This document shows positions 56,001 to 64,000 of a stretch of 64,000 bases of DNA, one piece after another (position 1 is the first letter of the stretch; every line of letters starts with the position of its first letter). Below the pieces are notes generated by a model. The model saw nothing but the letters and a program-made list of their open reading frames with translations. It searched no databases and had not been told where the DNA came from. Made by a program: the position numbers and the translations under genes. This DNA comes from Amoebophrya sp. A120 (Eukaryota; Protista; Dinoflagellata). The stretch spans positions 15,996,142 through 16,060,141 of the forward strand of contig CAJINV010000001.1 of the NCBI GenBank assembly GCA_905178155.1. Reading direction: 5' to 3'.

Positions 56001-59000
56001 GTGCAGCAAGCTAGCGTCCGCGGCCGAATCGTGCCTCCCCTTCCACCCGAGGCTGCTCCCAGATATCCAAGTCCAAGCCGAGCCAACCACAACTCGTGAG
56101 AGCATACATGTTGAACTAGTGCTCCTGTGTTCACCCGTCGCCCTCCCTTTCGACAATTCCGGAGAGGAACTTCTCAGGCAGACGCGCAGAAGAGTAAGAG
56201 CCACCCGATCCACCTTCTCTGGTCGCTAAATACGCGCTACACAGCCCGTTGAGGCTCGCCCCCGCAAGACCACTTCTTTCGGTCCTGCAAGCGCCACCAC
56301 GCGACGAACAGCCCTTCACGCTATGTGGGATGCTTGGGCTCGTGTGTCTAATACCTAGCGCACTTCTCTTTTAAGTACTTAAATGCAAGTCATGCAATAC
56401 AAATTCACTGCAAATTCACCCTTCTGTACGCTAACGACCGTCCAAGGCATAGCCGCTGGTGCGGCGCTTCCGAACAAACTGCCACCTGCCGGCTGCTGAA
56501 CACCCGTATTGAGAGGAAAAATCCCCCCTCCCCATATCGAAAAGGTATGTTTCCGAAAATTTGTCTTGCTGATTTGAGCCTTAGTTCCCCATGATATCCG
56601 CAGGCCAACTTTTTTTTTTGCTCGCTCCCCCCTCCTCGCAGGCTAGAATTTGTGTGGTCCCAGAACATGCAACGTGTCCTCCGTGCCACCCGTGCCACCC
56701 GGGCCAACGTCAGGGGTCCCTCACCCCCAACACGCCGAACTTCCTCCTTCCACTCGCAGCGTCGGAGGGGTCGCACGTAGCCCTGGAGGTGATAAACGAG
56801 GGTGGCGCCTGTATATGCAGTAAAATACTGCACAGGAAATGAGGAAGTCAGAAAGGAACACAAATGTTCTGGGATGACTGTTTAGGAACATCCCAACAAC
56901 CTCCGCCAACCACTGCCCTCGAATACACAAGAGAAAGCCGAAGCTAACTCAACTCCGGATACCCTTCCCGAAGCTGACCTGAACCGCCCTTCTCCACAGG
57001 TCAGCGACGAGGCAATGCCCTGAGGGGACCGTTAGGAACCTCCCCAAACAATCGTCATGTCGTTTCGCCGAAGCGAAACAGTCTTGCTGATTTGAGGCCC
57101 CAAATCAAGTCTGTCTTGCAAGAAGACAACGCCGCAGGCTCTGCCGCACTATGCAGGCGGTTTGTCATGCTGTTGGGCCTACAGCATAGACGTTTCTCAT
57201 GCTAAGCGCCTAGGCCAAAAGCTCTCTACTCAGGCTTGGCAGGAGCCTGCAGTCCTCGCCAGCAAGACAGATCTGATTTGGGTACGCAAATCCAGCATCA
57301 GAAACTTCGTTTTGATATGGGGAGGGGGGATTTTTCCTTTTGATAACCCGCTGGTGCGGCGCTTCCGAACAAACTGCCACCTGCCGGCGCGGCGCCAAGG
57401 CCTCCGAATAAGCCGCCACCGGGAGGCGCAGACCCGAAAATAGAGTTTGTCGACGCGGCGGGCGCACTGTTCGGGGGGGTGGGGTTTCCGAAAATGCTCG
57501 CGTTCGCCGGCGTGTTGAAGTTAATACTCGTTCCTGCCGGGGTGATGGCGGAGATCTTGCTGGTAGAGGGGATGCTGGACTTGTCGCCAGCGGGGGCAGA
57601 TGCGCCGTCCGCGTCTGTTGTAGGAAGATTATTTTTCAGATTGCAAATGTGTGTGTGGCGGTCATATGATATGAATATGTCCCGTTTCGGTATCATCTAA
57701 ATTGGTACAAATGGTTGTATATTTTTCATAAAACTTCCAGCAAAAAGCCTAGTACTCTCTTCGCCGTCTCCTTCCTTGAACTCGTCCGTATCCGGTATGG
57801 TTTCATTCTGGTACCATATGATTTCCACTTTGCCGTCTTTGCCCGTCCGCTCGGAAGGCAATTCGTAGCGCTTGCAAATTTTTCGGTACAAGAGAAGCTC
57901 ACTGCCCTTGTTCTTCTCGAGCAGCTCATCGATGTTGCCGATCTTCTTTGGGTTCTTCTTGTAGTAGACGGCTGCGATGTTTGCCTTGAAGAAATCAGTC
58001 TGCGACCCCTTCTGCACCACCGCCGCTCCTGCACTGTCAGCGGAATTTTTGTTTACTGCTTCTTGATCTTGCTTCTTTTCCGGTGACTTTTCGTCCTCAG
58101 CTTTGTTGACATTTTCTTCCTGCTCCGGCTCTTCTTCCGCTACCGGCTCGATCTTGCTTTTCATCGCCTGCTGCTCCACCTTCTTGGCTTGCAACATATC
58201 TTTCAGGATGTTGCTGCAGTCGTCGGGCTCTTCGGGCACCGGGTCGAGGGGCGCGAAAGACGTGTTGCCGAAACTGGGCGCTTCTAACCCCCCACCGCCC
58301 AAGAGTGCGGAAAAATCGAGCGCCGGTTTGTTCTCACTCTCGGCCTGCTTCGGCGCGCCGGACTTGCTTGCGTTATTCCGTTCCTCAACCTTCGCACCAA
58401 AAAGGCTGGTCGAAGAACTCCCAGCCTCTGCACCCACAGCTACGCCAAAGGTGTTTGCAGCACCTGCTTTCGGAGACTTGTCACTGCTCACTGGTGGCGC
58501 GCCGAAAATGGACGATGTCGCGGCGCTACTAGTTTCCGCAGCGGCTGCCGCACCACCTCCAAAGATACTACTACTTCCCGCACTGCCCCCCGGCGCTGCA
58601 CCTCCGAAGACTGGAGTTTTGTTTTCAAGCCCAGTTGTAAAAGTGCCTGCAGGAGCGCCAAAAGACGGAGTTTCCACCGAGCCAAAGACGTTAGAAGTTG
58701 CGGTCGCTGCGGGGGGACGGAGGGGACTGGGGAGCTTGGGGCTGCTGGGCCGGGATGCGACCCGCGCCGTCGGGGAGTGGCGCTGCGGGGAAAACGACCG
58801 CGTGTTGTCTTCCTGCTCTGCGGCTTCCTTCGACTTTGAGGTGGCGAGCTTGGTATCAGCATAACTGCCGTGTCGACCTCGGACCTGCGTTATTTCCAGT
58901 GAAAAGAAATAGGTACAAAAAGTCATCATGTCCGAAAAATCTGCGACAGATAAAAGTAGAAACGACGGAATATTAAATGACTCACCGTTAGCGTTACCTA

Positions 59001-61123
59001 CCAATCAGTTGTGTATCAATTCTTGTAACATACTCACCTGTGTCCTCGCGGCGTTACTCGAACCGGCCACGTTTGGCGTGTTGGTACTAAATTGTTCTTT
59101 CTCCTCAAACCGCTCGTCCTTGACCATGCCCGTTTGCAGCTGGAGGTAGAAACTTGGCTGCACGTTGAACTTCTGGCACAGCTTCACATACAGCATTGCC
59201 TCCTCCCCTTGATAGGCTTCCAACAGCGTGAACGCGTGCTCTTTCGACCCCGAATAGTCGTGACAAATGCGTGTCACCAGGGCCTTGTACAGCCCCTGCT
59301 TCAGGGCCGGGTTATCGTCATCCTCGCTAGAGGCAGCGGCCGGTTTCGGCTGTGCAGATTGATGGTCGACGCTAAGTTTGCTTCTCTTCTGCTGCTTCTC
59401 GATTCTGCGGTCGTCGTCTGCAAATTGATTTATTTTTGATACAGACGATAGTTTGTGCATAATTCTCAAAGATGAAAACGCAGGCTCAACAGCTTCTATT
59501 TTGGTGCACGAGCAAGTTCTCGAATATCAAAAGCAATGTCATTACAGATGTTGGCGCCGCTGAGGAATCCTTCCAGCGCGTCTGGGTTCATGCCAAACGT
59601 CTTGGGTTCCGAGACTATTGGCTGTCGCTGTACGCCCGAGAATCGATGAATGTCTGGCGCACCTGTGGTAAAAGAAGATTCGTCATTTATTTTTCTATCA
59701 AGGAAAACAATATGAAACTTCTTTTGCCGCGCACACTACAATCTCTTGACAACATGACTGGTGAACGAGGCCGAAATAAACAGGATGAAGTGTAAAATGC
59801 GAAGCGTACTTGGAGCTGGACTGTGTGGCCCTCCGCGCAGTTGGTGGTCCCAAGCCTGAGCGCCGAAATTCCGCGGTTCCGACATGGGCACCCTCGGCTC
59901 AAAGTTTTCCGCACGACCGACCGCCGACTGCTTGCTCGCTGATACCGCGAACGGCTGTTGCTGCGCTCTCGATTGCTGATTTTGTTGGTCCATATCATGA
60001 TCTCGGAGAAGCGGCTGCGGACTATCCTGTGGCTGCGGGCGCAGCTGCTGCTCCTTGTCGTCCAGAACTGGTGTTGCCATCATTCCATTTTGCGACTGCT
60101 CAGGTCCTCGTCCACCTCTAGGGTGGTCGGGTCGGTGCTGCCGCTGCGCCATCGTTGCCCCCTGCGGTGGCTGGTCGCGTGGCATGTGCCTTGCATTGGG
60201 ATTAAAATTGAAGTGACCCGAGGACTGCCCCGGGACACGATAGAAGTCGTTGCGGGGACTCGGATTGCCTTGCGGCATCTGCGCCAACCCACCAGAGTAT
60301 CTGTTTTGTGATTGTGATGTTCCGTCACGGCTATTACAGGCTTCATTCAACATTCTACTCCTACTTAAAGCATACTTGCCCGCGAACGCAACGAGCAACT
60401 CTAGTAGCACTTACTAGCACACAGATTCTTATACAAAAAGTAAAAATCAAACTGCATTCGGTACGGCTGCTGTGCTTGGTTTGGATTCACTGCGTCATTG
60501 GAAATGGTGTTCCCGCCCGTCAATCCGCCGCCGATAACACCGACGAGCGTTTTGATCCCCGACACTGCCGCATCTTTGAATTTTCCGAACATCCCCGACA
60601 CGCGTCGGGGCGGGCCCCCAGGCGGGGCCATTGGCTGCCGGTCGTACGGCCCCGCACGCGGATTCTGCTGGTGCGCAAACTGCATGTGCCCTGGCAATGC
60701 CTGCTGGTGCTGCTGGGCAAATGATCCGCCCGGGTGCTGCGGCGGGTGATGAAGACCCGCGTTCATTCCACGTCCAAAGTGCATTCCCGGTCCTGCTTGT
60801 TCTGGCGGCATGTGCATCCCGAATTGTGGCTGCATATTCCCATTACCCTGATTTCCAAACCCAAGCCCGCCTTGCTGGTTGAATGCGAAGGCCTGCTGCT
60901 GGACGTAAGGGTCGGCGCGGGAATTCGAAGAGCCGCCAAATAAGGGTGACGCTGGGGGTGCGGCAAAGCTGGGCCCTCTGCTTGGTGGCCGTTGGTTCGC
61001 ACCTCCGTGCATGTGGTCCACGTTGCGGAAGTTCTGGTGGCCTGAGAACGACGACATGCGCTGGCGGGCACTCGCGTTGCTCATACCGCGCTCACGCTGA
61101 AACTCCGGACCGTAGTGATTCAT
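53049..61123 (-). CDS. FG-repeat nucleoporin-like protein (SIFG/SLFG repeats), multi-exon
   Basis: Many SIFG, NIFG and SLFG motifs in ORFs 53429-54853, 57298-57696 and 57697-59004. Two copies of a small helical motif (LLEKNKGSELLLYRKICKRY; LLEAYQGEEAMLYVKLCQKF). Q/G/P-rich N-terminus. Confidence 0.7.
54641..54899. mobile_element. Introner with ~45-bp TIR
   Basis: DR gaggc/gaggc. Excision gives GGSASTSIFG. Confidence 0.92.
54953..55219. mobile_element. Introner family A with damaged left end
   Basis: The terminal TAT and the left DR are missing, and there is an 8-bp duplication inside the TIR. Confidence 0.8.
55247..56452. other. 1.2-kb foreign insert in an FG-repeat exon, flanked by an 18-bp duplication
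   Basis: ccgctggtgcggcgcttc at 55229-55246 and 56453-56470. Confidence 0.7.
56507..57345. mobile_element. Introner family B carrying a 502-bp insert
   Basis: DR acccg/acccg. Excision gives APAGVQQPAGG. Insert 56579-57080 is flanked by gtcttgctgatttgag twice. Confidence 0.9.
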
Positions 61124-61274
61124 CTCGCCCGAGTTGTCGTCGATTATGTTTCAAAGGCGAATTTTATAGTAAGAGTAACTAGAGCTACTAGATCGACAAA
61201 GACTAGCGTGAAACGAAAATCCAAATAGAGCTCTTGTTGCAAAAAAAGTGTCGCTCCTGTCGCCTGTTATCATT

Positions 61275-64000
61275 TCACAAATAACCTGGTGTCAAAAAGT
61301 GATCTGGCTCGTCGACGTGTGCCTTCGTTTTAGCAAAAGCGTTGAGCAGATTGAAAATTTGCGGACGCCTGGCCTCTTGCAATTCCATCAGTCTTTGTCT
61401 GTGATCTGAACGAAGCGTCTCAAGTGAAACTTTTTGCGATCGCCAAGCAACTACAGTTGCTGCTAGTAGAAGAGATCCTCGACAAAAAGAAGATCGCGTC
61501 ACAAATGTTCGATGGCAATTTGGTCCATGCGGCAGGAAAGAAACCAATTTGATGTGGCTCGATAGTTTTCGCTGCAGTAAAGATCTCTGCAAATCGCATG
61601 GTGGCAATGTGGTTTTTAGAACACGCTTAATTGTTTTTCCCTTTAGTATTGATGTTTCAGAAAGCGTCGGGGCTTCAGAGTCTTCGTTTTCAAGTATGAA
61701 GATGTGTGCTTGCGCATGAGAAAAATGAGGGTAGTACTTACACAATTGCATTCGATATGAAAATGCGCAATTCAGGCAGTCACAGTTTCTGAAAATTTGT
61801 CGCGTTTCGTTCTTTTTTTTTTTCGTAGCCCGCTCTTTTGGTCTAACTATCTCGCTTTCATCACTCCGCATCCGGCCCGTCCGTGCAGAGAGGAGGCAAT
61901 TCAGACTCGCTCTCGCTGCCAAGCTGGTCCCAGAGTCTGTCTTTGTCGCTTTGCAACGACGCTTGCGTCGCCGGGGCACCCGCTGCCTGCGGTCCCTCTT
62001 CAGGCGTCGCAGGACGGTTTTGTTCCGCCCCCGTAGATGTTGACACGACGGCAGAAGACGACGCAACCCGCTCATCAACCGCCGGAGCATCTTGCATCTC
62101 GACATCTTCTTGCTCCACGACATCCGCCTGTGCAGCTACTTCCGGCGCTTGTTCCTTCTCCTTCTCTGCCTCAGCCCGCCTGTCCTGTTCCGCCTTGCGC
62201 TCGGCCGCGCGGCGCTGCGCAGCAATGGCCAAAGCTTCCTCCTCCGTGATGATCCGTGAGGAGGAGCCGGAGCTGCCCCGGGATCCAACGAAAGAATTTT
62301 TACCGGGAGAATTTCGCTTCGGAGCCAAGTCCACTTGGGATACCCGGGGACGCGCTTCCTGTTCCTGCCTCTCCTTCCGCAAGCGTTCTTCTTTTATCCG
62401 TCGCTCTTCCGCCATCTCGGCCTGCACTTGCGCTTCGATTTTTTTCAAAACGCTCCCCTCAGCGCTGTGCTCCGTCTCGTCGAGCACGATCGGCGCGGTG
62501 CTTGTTGTTGTCGATTTTTGCTGTACTACAACATTCGGATGACTTGTTACATCCGGTTCTTGATGCGCCTCCTCCTTTTCCGGACTCAGCTCCTGAGTCA
62601 GGGCAACGGGCTGCTGCTGCTCTCCCTCCAGAATCTGTGTTCGTGCTGGACTCGCAGGACTCCTAGGTGGTTGTTGATTGGAAGCGCTCATCTCTTCGGG
62701 TTGTGCGTCCTGAGACAACAACACCGGGGTGGAACCACCCTCTGCCACTGGGGAAGATGAAACTCCTTCTGCAAAGACGGGCGTCGCACCACTGGGAACT
62801 CGTTCTGCAAGACTGGGCGTGGAAGCCTGGCGCTGCTGCTCGATATCCGGAGAGCCGCCGCTTCTTGCGCTCTTCTTTTCGCTTTGGCTGTCTCTCTTGT
62901 GTTGAATTTCCGCGAAGATGCCAACATCTCCATTCTTCTGTCCAGCGCCCGGAGTGACTGGAGACAATCGGCTAGCGCTCGAGTTTTCTTCCGGGATTGG
63001 GGAAAGAGCTCCATTTTCTTCACTTCGCGCAAAATTCACAGATGACGACATCTGCTCTTCCACGGCACCAGCAGTCGTCGGTACAACGTTCTTCGCGACG
63101 TCTGCGGACCGTTCCGCGCCCGCTTGCTCGAGCGGCGGCTGCTCGGGTGCAAAGTAAACACCGTCCTGCTGCTTCGCTTCGTCTGCCGCACAGACCGCAA
63201 CTGGGGACTTCACTTTCTTGTCGCTAGAACTACTTGCTGACTTTGCCGAACAGGGCGATGCCGCATCGCCTTGTTTGCTACTGTCCGCAGCAGAACCGAG
63301 AGAAATATCACCCTCTTCGCCACTTTCCTCCGCGGCCTCAGCGTCGATTTGATCTCGCTCCGCGGGCTCGATGTTTGCCTGTTCTGAAGGTTGCTGCACG
63401 TCGTGCTCGGCTAACTGATTCTCCTCCTCCTCCGCATCATCGTCCACTTCCATCGCGACCGCGCCCCCTTCTACTTCGTCTCGCACCGCGGTGCGGACTT
63501 CTCTTTGGTCCTGACCCTCCCGCATGGATGCGCCGCTCGCTCTTCTATCATGATCGGTGCCGGTACCTACGTCCTTCACATTTAGAACAACCTCGCGTCT
63601 GGTTTGTTCCACAACCGCTTCATATTCCTCGTAAGTGCTACCTTCCGTCTCAACCACGGCGTCCTTTTGCTCGACCGCTTCGGTGCCAACGCACGTCTCC
63701 TTCCGCTCCACGTTTCCGTAGCCTACGCCGATATTGCGGGTTTCGCGCTGTAAGGTTTCGATACATTTGTCCTTCTTCTCCACACAGAACACTTCGGCCT
63801 GCACACTGACGTCGGCGGAGCTGGAGGATCCCACCTGCACAGCAACGTTGCTGGACGAGCTCGATTGTTTCACATTCGTTTGGGTGCTTGAGTTCGCGAC
63901 AGCCCTTGCAGTGGGGTTCTTCTTGGTGTTGATCTGAGCCGCTTCTTTTTCCTGTTCCTCTATGGAGGATTCCTCGGCAGCCTCCTCAGTCTCCTCTTCA
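61275..64000 (-). CDS. Acidic low-complexity protein entering from beyond the window (possibly the 5' part of the nucleoporin-like gene)
   Basis: Long Glu/Ser/Ala-rich ORF 61861-63873 with coiled-coil-like stretches; possible further exon near 61300-61720. Confidence 0.65.

Noticed and set aside
214-63937. Numerous plus-strand ORFs (e.g. 28448-29275, 30125-30985, 53670-54683)
   Set aside because: They are antisense shadows of GC-rich minus-strand exons.
1-64000. tRNA, rRNA or snRNA genes
   Set aside because: None recognised by eye; a tRNAscan-SE/Infernal run would be needed to exclude them.

Overview
Eukaryotic, intron-containing DNA. It is most consistent with a parasitic dinoflagellate of the Amoebophrya (Syndiniales) type. 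That assignment is an inference from co-oriented genes, low-complexity-expanded proteins and non-canonical IR/DR 'introner' introns. All credible genes lie on the minus strand: a Jupiter/SPIRAL1-motif protein, CNOT9/Rcd1, a prolyl 4-hydroxylase, CPSF1 (CPSF160), a giant gene with two FABP/lipocalin-like domains, an FG-repeat nucleoporin-like gene and several unknowns. About 24 MITE-like elements sit inside coding sequence. They have TA...TA termini, terminal inverted repeats (TIRs) of several unrelated families and 5-bp direct repeats (DRs). Where I checked, removing the element plus one DR restores the reading frame. Less expected observations: (i) a 5.3-kb TG...CA/5-bp-TSD unit at 32865-38137 in which five copies of one LTR-like left end delimit unrelated cassettes at ~0.9-1.1-kb period, one LTR-like copy carrying a LamG-GPI gene fragment; (ii) foreign inserts flanked by 12-18-bp duplications, mostly at a 9-bp motif shared by the introner families; (iii) a decayed hAT-like transposase. 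All boundaries were read by eye, and no RNA or database evidence was available.
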